Below, in pieces: positions 1 to 10,334 of a DNA stretch of 64,000 nt (position 1 is the stretch's first letter; each line of letters begins with the position of its first letter). The DNA is from an uncultured delta proteobacterium. Lineage in GTDB: Bacteria; Myxococcota_A; Polyangia; Polyangiales; Polyangiaceae. A model generated the notes under the pieces. The model did not search any database. It worked only from the letters and a program-made list of their open reading frames with translations, and had not been told where the DNA came from. A program made the position numbers and the translations under genes. The stretch covers positions 1,696,001-1,760,000 of the forward strand of contig CAWKKR010000008.1 in assembly GCA_963850305.1 (NCBI GenBank), in the 5' to 3' direction.

Positions 1-1
1 A

Positions 2-1849
2 TTCTCGGCGGGGATCCGTGCGCGCGACGAGCTCGCGCGCCATTCCGGACTCGCGCTCGGCGACCGCGGCGGCATCGCGATCGACGAGAGTTGCCGGACC
101 ACGGACCCCGACGTGTTCGCCATCGGTGAATGCGCGGCGCTCGCCAACCGGACGTATGGTCTGGTGGCCCCCGGATACCGCATGGCCGAGGTCGTCGCGG
201 CCCAGCTCGCCAGCGACGCCGGGGCGTTCACCGGGTTCGACATGAGCACGAAGCTCAAGCTCCTCGGCGTGGACGTCGCGAGCTTCGGAGACGCGTTCGG
301 CGTGACCGCGGGCTCGAAAGTCGTCAGTCTCTTCGACGGCGCCACCGGCATCTACAAGAAGCTCGTCCTCAGCGACGACCGGAAGAAGGTCCTCGGCGGC
401 ATTCTGGTGGGCGATGCGTCCTCCTACGCCGAGCTCTCCAGTCATGCCAAGAGCGGGACCGAGATCACCCAACGCCCCGAGCATCTGCTCGTTCCGCCGC
501 CCGATGGCCCCGTCAAGACGCGCGGCGTCCTGGCGCTGTCGGATTCGGCGATCATCTGCTCGTGTCACAACATCGAAAAGCGCGCCATCTGCGGCGCGAT
601 CCGCGAAAGGAATCTCACCGACGTCGGCGCCATCAAGGCTTGCACGAAGGCAGGTTCGGGCTGCGGTTCGTGCGTGACGCTGGTCAGCGAGCTCCTGAAG
701 CACGAGCTCACCCGTGCCGGCGTGGCGGTGAAGAACCATCTCTGCGAGCACTTCGAATACTCCCGCGCCGAGCTCCATCATCTCGTGCGCGTCGAGAAGA
801 TTCACTCGTTCGACGAGCTCGTCCGCAGGCGCGGGAAGGGAGCAGGGTGCGAGATCTGCAAGCCTGCCGTCGCCTCCATCCTCGCATCGACGTGGAACGA
901 GCACGTGCTCGAAAAGGACCGCGTCGGCCTCCAGGACACGAACGATCGCTTTCTCGCGAACATTCAGCGCGACGGCACCTACTCGGTCGTTCCGAGGTTG
1001 GCGGGAGGAGAAGTGACGCCGGATCAGCTCATCGCAATCGGGCGCGTCGCGAAGAAGTACGGCCTTTACACCAAGATCACCGGCGGCCAGCGCGTCGACC
1101 TCTTCGGCGCGCGGCTCGAGCAGCTACCGCTCATCTGGGCTGAGCTCGGCGCCGCGGGGCTCGAGTCCGGGCACGCATACGGCAAGGCGCTCCGGACGGT
1201 GAAGTCCTGCGTCGGAAGCACCTGGTGCCGCTTTGGCGTGCAGGACTCGGTCGGGTTCGCGGTTCGGATCGAGAATCGATACAAGGGGCTCAGGAGTCCG
1301 CACAAGCTGAAGGGCGCGGTGTCGGGCTGCGCCCGAGAGTGCGCCGAAGCACAGGGCAAGGACTTCGGCATCATCGCGACGGACAAGGGCTACAACCTCT
1401 ACGTGTGCGGCAACGGCGGAATGAAGCCGCAGCACGCCGTGCTGCTCGCTGCGGATCTGGACGAGGAAACGACGCTCCGTTATCTGGACCGGTTCCTGAT
1501 GTTCTACGTTCGCACGGCGGACAGGCTCCAGCGCACCGCCTCGTGGTTCAACAGCCTCGAAGGGGGGATCGAGTATCTGAAGCACGTCGTCATAGAGGAT
1601 TCCCTCGGCATTGCCGTCGAGCTGGAGGCGGACATGCAGCACATCGTCGACACGTACGAGTGCGAGTGGAAGGCAACGCTCTCCGACCCCGACAAGCGTA
1701 AGTTCTTCCGTGCATTCGTGAACTCGGACGCCCCCGATCCCAGCGTCGTCATGGTAAAAGAACGCGCTCAACATCGGCCGGCCCAATGGAAAGAAAAAGA
1801 GGCGTTCGCGAGCCCGACTCGGTTCCGGTTGCCGGTTCTCCCGGCGTGA
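2..1849 (+). CDS. nirB: NAD(P)H-dependent nitrite reductase large subunit, 5'-truncated by window edge
   Basis: Frame is open from position 2 (FSAGIR...DVFAIGECA); BFD-like Cys motifs (CSCHN, CTKAGSGCGSC, GCEICKP), siroheme/4Fe-4S motifs CVGSTWC and SGCARECA. Confidence 0.97.
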   Translation, partial: FSAGIRARDELARHSGLALGDRGGIAIDESCRTTDPDVFAIGECAALANRTYGLVAPGYRMAEVVAAQLASDAGAFTGFDMSTKLKLLGVDVASFGDAFGVTAGSKVVSLFDGATGIYKKLVLSDDRKKVLGGILVGDASSYAELSSHAKSGTEITQRPEHLLVPPPDGPVKTRGVLALSDSAIICSCHNIEKRAICGAIRERNLTDVGAIKACTKAGSGCGSCVTLVSELLKHELTRAGVAVKNHLCEHFEYSRAELHHLVRVEKIHSFDELVRRRGKGAGCEICKPAVASILASTWNEHVLEKDRVGLQDTNDRFLANIQRDGTYSVVPRLAGGEVTPDQLIAIGRVAKKYGLYTKITGGQRVDLFGARLEQLPLIWAELGAAGLESGHAYGKALRTVKSCVGSTWCRFGVQDSVGFAVRIENRYKGLRSPHKLKGAVSGCARECAEAQGKDFGIIATDKGYNLYVCGNGGMKPQHAVLLAADLDEETTLRYLDRFLMFYVRTADRLQRTASWFNSLEGGIEYLKHVVIEDSLGIAVELEADMQHIVDTYECEWKATLSDPDKRKFFRAFVNSDAPDPSVVMVKERAQHRPAQWKEKEAFASPTRFRLPVLPA

Positions 1850-2250
1850 CCGACATGGATCCGGAGGCACGCGCGTCGGCTGAAGAGCGGAGTCGGACTC
1901 CCGTCGACAACCTGGCGTGGGTCGACGTCTGCGCGCTCGAGGACATCGTTCCGGGGACGGGCGTGGCCGCGCTGATTTACGGCGTGCAAGTGGCCGTCAT
2001 CCGCCCACGAGAAGGGGAACGCGTTTACGCGCTTTCCAACTTCGACCCGTTCAGTCGTGCGTTCGTGATCGCGAGGGGCATCGTCGGGGATCGCGGGGGC
2101 GTGGCCAAGATTGCGTCGCCGATCTACAAGCAGAATTTCGAGCTCGAGACCGGGCAATGTCTCGACGACCCTTCCGTGCGGCTGGACGTCTACGCTACGC
2201 AGGTCGTCGGTGGCCGAGTGCAGGTGGGGGTCGGCGTTTGGATGGAATGA
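1846..2250 (+). CDS. nirD: Nitrite reductase small subunit (Rieske-like); start GTG 1846 or ATG 1855
   Basis: VYALSNFDPFS..VIARGIVGD..KIASPIYKQNF..TGQCLDD; overlaps nirB stop. Confidence 0.93.
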   Translation: MTDMDPEARASAEERSRTPVDNLAWVDVCALEDIVPGTGVAALIYGVQVAVIRPREGERVYALSNFDPFSRAFVIARGIVGDRGGVAKIASPIYKQNFELETGQCLDDPSVRLDVYATQVVGGRVQVGVGVWME

Positions 2251-3443
2251 CGATCTCGTACGACGACGCGCTGACGCGCGTTCTTGCGAAGGCGCCTGCC
2301 CTGGGTACGGAGAGCGTCGGGCTCGAAGAAGCGCTCGGCCGGGTCCTCGCCGAGAACGTGTGCGCGGCGAGCCCGCTGCCTGCGTTCGATCATGGAGCGA
2401 TGGACGGTTACGCGGTCGATACCGGATCGTTCGGCGGTAGCGCGCCTTTCGAGTTTCGTGTCTCCGGGGAGAGCCGCACGGGCAAGGTGCCGCCGGCGCT
2501 CTTGCCGGGCACCGCCTGTCGGATCTTCACCGGGGCACCGATGCCCGCGGGCGCCGATGCCGTCATTCCGCAGGAAGACGCCGAACGCAGCGGGGATGTC
2601 GTCTCGTTCGCAAGTCGACCGATGAGCTTTGCTCACGTGCGTCGTCGAGGTGAGGACCTCGAACGGGGCGTCATCGCACTCGAATCGGGGACGCGCCTCG
2701 GGGCGTATCAGCTCGGACTACTCGCGGCCGTCGACCGGGCCAGCGTCGTCGTGGCTCGACGACCGCGTGTGACGCTTCTATCGACGGGGGACGAGCTGCG
2801 TCCGTCCGGCGCACCCGGGCACCCCGCCAGTATTCCGGAGTCGAACGGCATCGTCGTTCGGGCCCTGGCGTCGGAGGCCGGCGCCGCGATCGTCGGACGA
2901 GTCTTCGCGCACGATGAGCTCGCGGGGACGCTGCGCGCGGTGACGGATTCGCTCGACGCGTGCGATTTGTTGGTCACTATCGGCGGCGTGAGCGCCGGTG
3001 ACTACGACGTGGTGCGACCCGCGCTCGAGGTCGCGGGCGTCGTCCTCGACTTTTGCAGGGTCGCGATCAAACCAGGAAAGCCGCTGACCTTCGGGAACCG
3101 CGGCGACACGGTCGTGCTCGGGTTGCCCGGTAATCCCATGTCGGCGCAAGTGACTTTCTCCCTGTTCGGAGTGCCGTTGCTCCGTCGTATGCAAGGTGAG
3201 AACCGAGTGATGCCTTCCCCATGGCGTTTGCGTCTCGGCGCGCCCATCCGGCAAAAGCACGGTCGTCGCGGTTACTACGCCGCGACCGTCTCGGGCGAAG
3301 TCGCGACGCCTCTTGCCGGAAATCAATCGTCGGGTTCCGCGGTGAGTCTCGCGCGAGCCGAAGCGCTCGTCATCGTTCCGGAAGACAGCGACGGCATCGC
3401 AGAAGGCGAGTGGGTGGATGCACTGTCACTCCGTTGCTCATGA
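2247..3443 (+). CDS. moeA: Molybdopterin molybdotransferase (gephyrin-like)
   Basis: AMDGYAV, RIFTGAPMP, STGDEL, GGVSAGDYD, IKPGKP, GLPGNP motifs; ATGA overlap with nirD stop. Confidence 0.95.
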   Translation: MTISYDDALTRVLAKAPALGTESVGLEEALGRVLAENVCAASPLPAFDHGAMDGYAVDTGSFGGSAPFEFRVSGESRTGKVPPALLPGTACRIFTGAPMPAGADAVIPQEDAERSGDVVSFASRPMSFAHVRRRGEDLERGVIALESGTRLGAYQLGLLAAVDRASVVVARRPRVTLLSTGDELRPSGAPGHPASIPESNGIVVRALASEAGAAIVGRVFAHDELAGTLRAVTDSLDACDLLVTIGGVSAGDYDVVRPALEVAGVVLDFCRVAIKPGKPLTFGNRGDTVVLGLPGNPMSAQVTFSLFGVPLLRRMQGENRVMPSPWRLRLGAPIRQKHGRRGYYAATVSGEVATPLAGNQSSGSAVSLARAEALVIVPEDSDGIAEGEWVDALSLRCS

Positions 3444-4066
3444 GCCGCGGACTATTTTCTGGGGGGCGGGAGCCCGTGACCGACGCCCTCGTCGTGGGGA
3501 TCTTCGTCGGAGGTCGCGCGGCGAGAATGGGCGGCGTGGACAAGTGGCTGCTTCCTGTGCCGGACACGGGCGAGCCCATCGCCGGACGGCTGGCGCGACT
3601 CTGTCGTGAGGCGTTGCCGAGCGCGTCCATCGTGCTGGTCGGAACCTCACGAGTACCCGCCCCGTTCGAAGCCGAATGCGTCGAGGACGAGCCGCCCGGC
3701 GTCGGGCCGCTCGGTGGTCTCGCCGCATTGCTCGCCTGCGCCGAACGTCGTGCATCGTGTGCGCTCGCGTTCGGTGGCGACATGCCCTACGTCTCGCCTC
3801 GCTTGCTCACGCATCTCGCCGGATCTGCACCCGCAGCCTCCGCACTCGCACCGAAGCTCGACGACCGCTGGCATCCGCTATTCGCCCGTTACGAGCCGTC
3901 CGTCTGTCTCCCCATCGTCCGAAGCCTGATCGCGCAACGACGTCACGCCCTTCACGGCGTCTTCGATGCGCTCGGCGAGCGCGCGTCGGTCCTTCCACTG
4001 GACGCGGACGCCGCGAAAGAGCTCCGCGACTGGGACACCCCAGCGGATCGACTGGCGACGCGATGA
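3440..4066 (+). CDS. mobA: Molybdenum cofactor guanylyltransferase
   Basis: GIFVGGRAARMGGVDK, GPLGGL, GGDMP, HPLFARY, DWDTPAD; ATGA overlap with moeA. Confidence 0.88.
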   Translation: MSRGLFSGGREPVTDALVVGIFVGGRAARMGGVDKWLLPVPDTGEPIAGRLARLCREALPSASIVLVGTSRVPAPFEAECVEDEPPGVGPLGGLAALLACAERRASCALAFGGDMPYVSPRLLTHLAGSAPAASALAPKLDDRWHPLFARYEPSVCLPIVRSLIAQRRHALHGVFDALGERASVLPLDADAAKELRDWDTPADRLATR

Positions 4067-4144
4067 ACCGTACCCTTCGCGTCCCTCGGGCGTCCCTCGT
4101 CGTACGAGCGCTTCGCGGCAGCGCCGATGGCGCTCTTGCTATCG

Positions 4145-4207
4145 TGCTGGGTCGGGCAGGTACCCTCGGTGGGTGAAGCAGGACACCCCGGTGGGTGAAG
4201 CAGGTGA
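4145..4207 (-). repeat. Mini-array of 2 clear plus 1 degenerate 22-bp units, same family as the 48.5 kb array
   Basis: CGGTGGGTGAAGCAGG at 4167 and 4189 (22-bp period); reverse complement contains CTTCACCCACCGAGG, identical to 48741-48755. Confidence 0.75.
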
Positions 4208-4342
4208 CGCCGAACTCGGCCCGCGCGCGAGAGTGGGCGTTACTCCGACGCGCTTGCGCGGCTGCGGCTCGCCCCTTGCGATGAATCCTGACCCACCGGC
4301 GTCGTGGGTCTCATGCCGCGCTCGTCCCCGCGGTGCGGCCCA

Positions 4343-5296
4343 TCACTCGGAGACGTTGCCGTCGGTCCACGCAGTTCCATTGAAGTGGAGGATCGTGCCG
4401 TGCGCTCCGACGGCCCAGGCGTCACCGGGCGCGGTGGCCCAGACGCCCCTCAGGTTTTCCGTCGTCCCGCTCGGCGACGCGGACCACGATTTGCCGTCGA
4501 AGTGTTCGACCGTGCCGCTCAGGCCGACGGCCCATACGTCGTCAGAGCCCGTTCCGGACACGGCCATCAATGCGCCCTTTCTTGCGTCGTCAGCCGTCAT
4601 CCATCGTCGGCCATCCCAATGCTGGAACGAGCCCTCGAACGGCGCGACCCACACGCTGGTGGCGGAATCACCCCAGAGTCCCCGGATTGAAGCGCCCTGA
4701 TAGCCGACGACATCGAAGGGAATTTCCGGCCCTCCGCGAACGAGTAGTCCACTTCCGCTCGAGTCCGTCCCGGCGATCCAGACATCCGCGGGCGCGCTTC
4801 CCCACACCGCCCAGAACGTCGTTTGCAGGTTGTACTCCGCGAGGTCCCAGCGCGAGCCATCCCAGCGCATCAGTATACCGGCGGCGTCGAGATCCGAGAA
4901 ACCGACTGCCCACACATCATCCGGAGCGCTGCTCCACACGCCGAGCAAGAGCGAATCCGGCTCGGTGTACGAGCGGCTGAAGCTCGCTCCATCCCATTTC
5001 AGGACCACGCCCTCGCCGACCACCCAGACGTCCGCGGGCCCGGTACCGAAGACACCGTGAAGGAGGGTGTCCGTGCCGCTCGGGACGCTCGACCAAGCGG
5101 CGCCATCGCCGTGAAGGATCACTCCGTCTTCACCGACGATCCAGAGGTCGTCGGGTCCGCTGGCCCAGATCGCGGAGAGATCATTGCTGGTGACGCGTGT
5201 ATGCGGTGAATCGTTTCCGGCGGAGCCGCCCGTTCCCTCGACCTTTCCGCCGCACGCGCCGACGCCAGTCATCAATAGCAGCGCGATCGATGGCAC
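4343..5296 (-). CDS. Predicted lipoprotein with W-x-S/T-G-P-x-D-V-W beta-propeller-type repeats; start uncertain
   Basis: Hydrophobic N-terminus with VGAC lipobox-like Cys; about 7 repeats such as WASGPDDLWIVG, WGSAPADVWIAG, GTGSDDVWAVG. Confidence 0.75.
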   Translation of the reverse strand: MPSIALLLMTGVGACGGKVEGTGGSAGNDSPHTRVTSNDLSAIWASGPDDLWIVGEDGVILHGDGAAWSSVPSGTDTLLHGVFGTGPADVWVVGEGVVLKWDGASFSRSYTEPDSLLLGVWSSAPDDVWAVGFSDLDAAGILMRWDGSRWDLAEYNLQTTFWAVWGSAPADVWIAGTDSSGSGLLVRGGPEIPFDVVGYQGASIRGLWGDSATSVWVAPFEGSFQHWDGRRWMTADDARKGALMAVSGTGSDDVWAVGLSGTVEHFDGKSWSASPSGTTENLRGVWATAPGDAWAVGAHGTILHFNGTAWTDGNVSE

Positions 5297-5555
5297 GAGC
5301 GCGTTCCGACGGGAGCTTCGCCCGCGCTTCACTGTCGACGGGGCCCGACGGGCAGGTGAGCCCGGCGCTTCTGGCCATCCAAGATGGGTTTCATGGTCTC
5401 GAGCATGAATCTTGGCCGAGTCCCGCACCGTGACCTCGTGCCCCTGGCGTCCATCGGAGCAGTGGATGTAGCACCGTCTGGAACGCGGCGATTCGAAATC
5501 CGGAATATCGAACGGTTCGCACCGTTTGGCCCGCCGTTGTAGAGTCGCCACGCCG

Positions 5556-6662
5556 ATGAAACCTCGGATTGGATTCGTGCTCGAACAGGCGCTGGGCCAT
5601 GTCGCTTACGGGATGAGCCTGCGCAAAGCGCTCGCTGAACGCACGGATATGGAGACGGTTTGGATCGAAATCCCGTTCGGTGAAGGGCGAATCGGGAGGA
5701 TCCCCACGTTCGGAAAGAACTGGACCGTGCGCGGCAGCTTACGCGCGAGAAGAGCGATCGGGGATGCTCACCGCGCGCGGCCCTTCGATGCGCTGTTCGT
5801 GCACACACAGACGATCGGACTGTTCTCGGGCGATTACATGGCCAAGGTGCCGACGCTCATGTCACTCGACGCGACGCCGCTGAACTACGATGAGCTGGCG
5901 TCGTGGTATGGCGACCGGGTTCACGTCGCTCCGATCGAGCGGCTGAAGCTCATGGCTCACCGGGCGGTCATGCGCCGCGCGAAGAAGTTCACGGTCTGGT
6001 CGGACTGGGCGAAGCGTTCGCTCGTGCGCGACTATGGGGTCGACGGACGCGGCGTCACCGTTCTTCATCCCGGGACGACGCTATCGAATTTTCCCGACCC
6101 CGAAGCACGCGGGGACCGCCGACCTGGTCCGATCCGCATCCTGTTCGTCGGGGGCGACTTCGTCCGGAAGGGCGGGGATCTCCTGCTCGACGTGTACTTT
6201 CGGCACCTGCGAAGATCCTGCGAGCTCCATCTCGTGACGGGCGCGGACGTGACCACCGGAGACGGAGTTCACGTTTACAAGGGGGTCAAGCCGCACTCCG
6301 AGGTTCTCCTGAAGCTCTATGCGGACGCGGACGTGTTCGTGCTCCCGACGCGCGGCGATTGTCTGGCCGTCGTCCTTGGCGAAGCCATGGCGTCCAGTCT
6401 GCCGATCATCACGACCCGGGTCGGGGCGCACGCGGAAGCCGTGGACGAAGGACAGAGCGGCTTCGTCATCGATCCGGACGACGGCGAGGCGCTTCGAGAC
6501 AGGCTCGAGCGACTCGTGCAGGATCCGTCGCTCGCCGGCCGGATGGGCCGCCGTTCGCGCGAGATCGGCGAGGCCCGCTTCGACATGCAAAAGAACGCGA
6601 ATCACATCGCCGACATGCTGCTCGAGCTGAGCGGGTTCGGTGCATCGCCTGCCAGGAGCTGA
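5556..6662 (+). CDS. Glycosyltransferase family 4 (GT-B)
   Basis: ILFVGGDFVRKGG, ADVFVLPT, EAMASSLPIITTRVG. Confidence 0.92.
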   Translation: MKPRIGFVLEQALGHVAYGMSLRKALAERTDMETVWIEIPFGEGRIGRIPTFGKNWTVRGSLRARRAIGDAHRARPFDALFVHTQTIGLFSGDYMAKVPTLMSLDATPLNYDELASWYGDRVHVAPIERLKLMAHRAVMRRAKKFTVWSDWAKRSLVRDYGVDGRGVTVLHPGTTLSNFPDPEARGDRRPGPIRILFVGGDFVRKGGDLLLDVYFRHLRRSCELHLVTGADVTTGDGVHVYKGVKPHSEVLLKLYADADVFVLPTRGDCLAVVLGEAMASSLPIITTRVGAHAEAVDEGQSGFVIDPDDGEALRDRLERLVQDPSLAGRMGRRSREIGEARFDMQKNANHIADMLLELSGFGASPARS

Positions 6663-6663
6663 G

Positions 6664-7581
6664 ATGACCAACGTGCTCGTTACCGGCGGCGCCGGGTTCA
6701 TCGGCCTGCACCTCGTCGCGCGGCTCATCGAGCGCGGCGCGAGCGTCGTCATCCTGGACAACATGAAGCGGGCATCCAGAGCGAGCGTCGCGCCCCACGA
6801 GCGGAGCGGTCGTGTTCGCGTGATCGAAGGCGATATCCGCAGCTTCGAGGCCGTGGCGATCGCGGTGAGAGGATGCGACACGGTCTTTCACCTCGCCGCG
6901 CAGTCCAACGTGATGGGTGCGATCGACGATCCCGACTACAGCATCACGACGAACGTTCTCGGGACGTTCAACGTGCTTCGTGCCGCGGCGGACGCCGGGG
7001 TTCGGAAGGTCGTATTCACGTCGTCGCGGGAGGTGTACGGCGATCCGACGTCGCTGCCGGTCGACGAGAGCGCTCCGCTCCTGGCAAAGAACCCTTACGG
7101 CGCGAGCAAGGTCGCCGGGGAGGCCTACTGCCGCACGTTTGCGAATACGCGAGGGCTTTCGGTACATGTCGTCCGCCTCGCGAACGTTTACGGCCCCGGA
7201 GACAGCGGTCGGGTGATTCCGCTCTGGATAATGGCGGCGCGGAGCGGCGCGAATCTTCAGGTCTACGGCGGCGAGCAGGTCATCGATTTCCTGTGGGTCG
7301 GAACGGCGGTGGACGCCCTACTGTTCGCGGCAAAGGCGGGTCTCCCCGGTCCCGTGAACATCGGAAGCGGCGTCGGGACGAAGATCCTGGATCTCGCAGA
7401 GCGCGTGCTCGCGGCGACGGGTTCGAAGAGCAACGTCGTCAGGACGCCTGCTCGCGAGATCGAGGTGGCAAAGTTCATCGCGGACGTTCGGCTCATGCGG
7501 TCGCTGGGCCTTTCGCCGGAAACCGATCCGCTCGAGCATCTCACGGAGATCGTTCCCGCGTATCCACCCTCCGTGGGGTGA
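6664..7581 (+). CDS. NAD-dependent nucleotide-sugar epimerase/dehydratase (extended SDR)
   Basis: VLVTGGAGFIG, FHLAA, YGASK (YxxxK), NVYGPG. Confidence 0.92.
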   Translation: MTNVLVTGGAGFIGLHLVARLIERGASVVILDNMKRASRASVAPHERSGRVRVIEGDIRSFEAVAIAVRGCDTVFHLAAQSNVMGAIDDPDYSITTNVLGTFNVLRAAADAGVRKVVFTSSREVYGDPTSLPVDESAPLLAKNPYGASKVAGEAYCRTFANTRGLSVHVVRLANVYGPGDSGRVIPLWIMAARSGANLQVYGGEQVIDFLWVGTAVDALLFAAKAGLPGPVNIGSGVGTKILDLAERVLAATGSKSNVVRTPAREIEVAKFIADVRLMRSLGLSPETDPLEHLTEIVPAYPPSVG

Positions 7582-7600
7582 GCCCAGATCCCTCGGAGTG

Positions 7601-9103
7601 CTAAGCGTTCTGACGTCGCGCTTTGCGGGAGACGATCGCGCGGATCGCGTTCATTTGTTCCGAGTCGAGCCCCCCGATGGCCCAGAGAACGCCGGCATAC
7701 GCGGCGACCGCGACGGGTGCGGCCAGGAACGAGTTCACCCCGGAGAGAACGCGAGCGACGACCACCATGCCGACCCCTGCGACGAGGGCTTTCCCGATTC
7801 CGCGAAGCAGCGGCGGGGTGACGATCCCGCGTGGCGCGACGACGAGTCCGGCGATCACGGTCAGAAATTCACTGAATACGGTCGCGACGCAAACGCCGAG
7901 GCTGCCGTTCCCGGAGTGCCTCGCAAACCACGGGATGAGCACGGGATCGATGACCGCACTGATCACCACGCCACCGAGTTGCACGAGGGCCCACCGCTTC
8001 TGCAGGCCGGCCGCAGCCACCGCGGTACCGAGCGTCATCGAAAAATAAACCAGAAGCACGAAGACGGAGAGCACGCGAAGATCGTCCCCGGCCGGTCCGA
8101 ATGCGGAGTGGCCGAAAATGTCGATACCGATGTCCGCATAGAGTCCGCACCCCAGGGCGATCGGAACGACGAGGATCGTCGCCGTGCAGAGCGCGCCGCT
8201 GGTGCTGCGCCGGAATGCGTCGGCGTCCTCGGCGTGGAGCCGGCAGAGGGTCGGGTACAGCGCACTCACGAGCGAGGCTGCTGGAAACACCAGCACGCCG
8301 ACCAGCTTTCGTGCCGCAGCGAGCCATCCCATGGCTTCGGGGGTGGACAGTCTTGCGAGGAAAATGACGTCGACGTTCGGCTGAAGAGCCACCGCGAGGG
8401 CCGTGAACAGGAACGGCGCTCCGTCCTTCAACAGACGTTCGAGGCTATCGCGGCGCACTCTCAGCGCGGTGACCCCGACGGAACGCGCCGAAAGCACCAC
8501 CGGGACGCAGACGAGGAGGCTTGCGAGTGCCAGGACGCCGAGCGTCGCGCGGAGCTGTCCGCCGAGCAGCAACGTCGGTATCACGAGCAGCGCGGTGACG
8601 AGTTGCAGGCCCACGACCGAGTACGCGCGCACGTCCGCCCGCTCGAAGCCCATGACGGTGTCGGTGACGGCCGCGGTGACGGTGTAGATCGTGTTGGCGA
8701 GCACGACCAACGCGAGCGCCCACTGGAGGTCCGAGCCGTAGCCGAGCATCCGCCCAGCGAGGGCGAGGATCATATAAACGAACGGTGTCGCGAAAGCGCG
8801 CCACGCGAGCCCGCTACCGAGGAGCTCACCGGATTGCCTCCGATCTCGAGCGACCATCGAGGGCAAAGTTCCGGACTGGCCGCCTTCGACGACGAGGGAG
8901 CCGAGCCCGGCCATCATGCCGGCAAGGTAGATGAATCCGAAGTCACGCACGCCGAGGTGCCGCGCCATCACCGCGTTTACGAGGATGGAGAGCGGCATTC
9001 CGAGCGCCTGGGCCACGATCAAGAACAACGTGTTCTTGAGGACGATGCTGTGCGAAGTGGGCCGCGCCGCGTCGTCGGGGGGGCGAATCTCGACGTCGTT
9101 CAT
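7601..9103 (-). CDS. wzx: Wzx-type polysaccharide flippase (MOP family)
   Basis: ~500 aa with many hydrophobic segments; N-terminal VLKNTLFL...ARHLGVRDFG pattern; EPS context. Confidence 0.85.
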   Translation of the reverse strand: MNDVEIRPPDDAARPTSHSIVLKNTLFLIVAQALGMPLSILVNAVMARHLGVRDFGFIYLAGMMAGLGSLVVEGGQSGTLPSMVARDRRQSGELLGSGLAWRAFATPFVYMILALAGRMLGYGSDLQWALALVVLANTIYTVTAAVTDTVMGFERADVRAYSVVGLQLVTALLVIPTLLLGGQLRATLGVLALASLLVCVPVVLSARSVGVTALRVRRDSLERLLKDGAPFLFTALAVALQPNVDVIFLARLSTPEAMGWLAAARKLVGVLVFPAASLVSALYPTLCRLHAEDADAFRRSTSGALCTATILVVPIALGCGLYADIGIDIFGHSAFGPAGDDLRVLSVFVLLVYFSMTLGTAVAAAGLQKRWALVQLGGVVISAVIDPVLIPWFARHSGNGSLGVCVATVFSEFLTVIAGLVVAPRGIVTPPLLRGIGKALVAGVGMVVVARVLSGVNSFLAAPVAVAAYAGVLWAIGGLDSEQMNAIRAIVSRKARRQNA

Positions 9104-9235
9104 GGATTTCGTCGCCCGCGCTCCCTCGCTATAGACGATCGCAAGCGAACAATCATACCCAGGCGAAGGTGTCGCGCGCGAGCCCGCCCTCCCTCTTGAC
9201 AGCCAGGTATCCGATGATACCGCCCGGTAACGCGA

Positions 9236-10249
9236 ATGCTCGAGTCAGTCGGTCTTTCCGTCGTCATTCCGACCTTCAACCGCAAAGAGCGCCTTTCGCG
9301 AGTACTCGCCGCGCTGGAACGGCAATCCGAGACCGCGGGTAGTTTCGAGGTAGTCGTCGTCGACGACGGGTCGACTGACGGCACCGCGGAATCCCTCCAG
9401 GCGCCGAGGTCCCGCTTCTCTCTGCAGATCTGCCGGCAACAGAACCACGGTCCCGCAAGGGCTCGAAACCATGGCGTAGAAAAAGCCCGCGGCCAGTTCG
9501 TCTTGTTTCTGGACGATGACGTGGAGCCGTTACCCGAGCTCATCATGGAACACCTTCGGGTGCATCGCAGCGAGGGAGCGCCGGTGGTCGTGATGGGGCC
9601 GCTCTCGTCTTTGCCTCACTATGCGCAGCCATGGGTGGCCTGGGAGCAGGCCAAGCTCGAGGCCCAATACGACGCGATGAGCCGCGGCGTCTACGCTCCC
9701 ACGTTCAGGCAATTTTGGACTGGAAACGCTTCGGTGGCGCGCGAGCACATCGTCGCCAGCGGCGGGTTCAATCCCGAATTCCTTCGCGGAGAGGACGTGG
9801 AGCTCGGCGTTCGTCTCCATGCACGAGGGCTCGGGTTCAGATTCAACCCCCGAGCGATCGGGTTCCACCACGCGGAACGATCGCTCGACTCGTGGTTGAA
9901 GGCGCACGCGAGCTATGGCCGGCTCGAGGTCGAGATTTTCGGTCATCTGGGGGAGCGTGAGCTCGTCGCTGCGCTGGCCGACAATTTCAGTCGTCTGCAT
10001 CGCGTTACACGGACGACACTCTATAGTTGCGTCGGGCGGCCGAAGCTTCACGCGACCGTCGTCGACTTCTTTCGGGCGTGGCTCCTTTCCCCCGCAGCGG
10101 CGCGCGCGCCGGTCGTGTCTCAGCGCGTCTGTAGCGTTCTCGCGAATCTCCTCTACTGGCACGCGTCTGCTGCGGCGCTCGGTCCGGCTCGTTTCCACGA
10201 GGTGCTGCACGCCGCGAGCGAGAGGACTCCGCCGCGAGTGCGACGCTGA
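9236..10249 (+). CDS. Glycosyltransferase family 2
   Basis: SVVIPTFNR, VVVDDGSTDGT, ARARNHG, LFLDDD, GEDVELG. Confidence 0.93.
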   Translation: MLESVGLSVVIPTFNRKERLSRVLAALERQSETAGSFEVVVVDDGSTDGTAESLQAPRSRFSLQICRQQNHGPARARNHGVEKARGQFVLFLDDDVEPLPELIMEHLRVHRSEGAPVVVMGPLSSLPHYAQPWVAWEQAKLEAQYDAMSRGVYAPTFRQFWTGNASVAREHIVASGGFNPEFLRGEDVELGVRLHARGLGFRFNPRAIGFHHAERSLDSWLKAHASYGRLEVEIFGHLGERELVAALADNFSRLHRVTRTTLYSCVGRPKLHATVVDFFRAWLLSPAAARAPVVSQRVCSVLANLLYWHASAAALGPARFHEVLHAASERTPPRVRR

Positions 10250-10334
10250 GTGTGCAAGATTTGCACAACACCGGCGATCGCGTGACGTTTCCGGTGATCC
10301 ATCCGGTCCTGCCGTCGTGGTAAGAGCCTGCCCG

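Noticed and set aside
9196..9225. Sigma70 promoter at TTGACA (also TTGACA at 33790)
   Set aside because: Perfect -35 but no convincing -10 at 16-18 bp spacing
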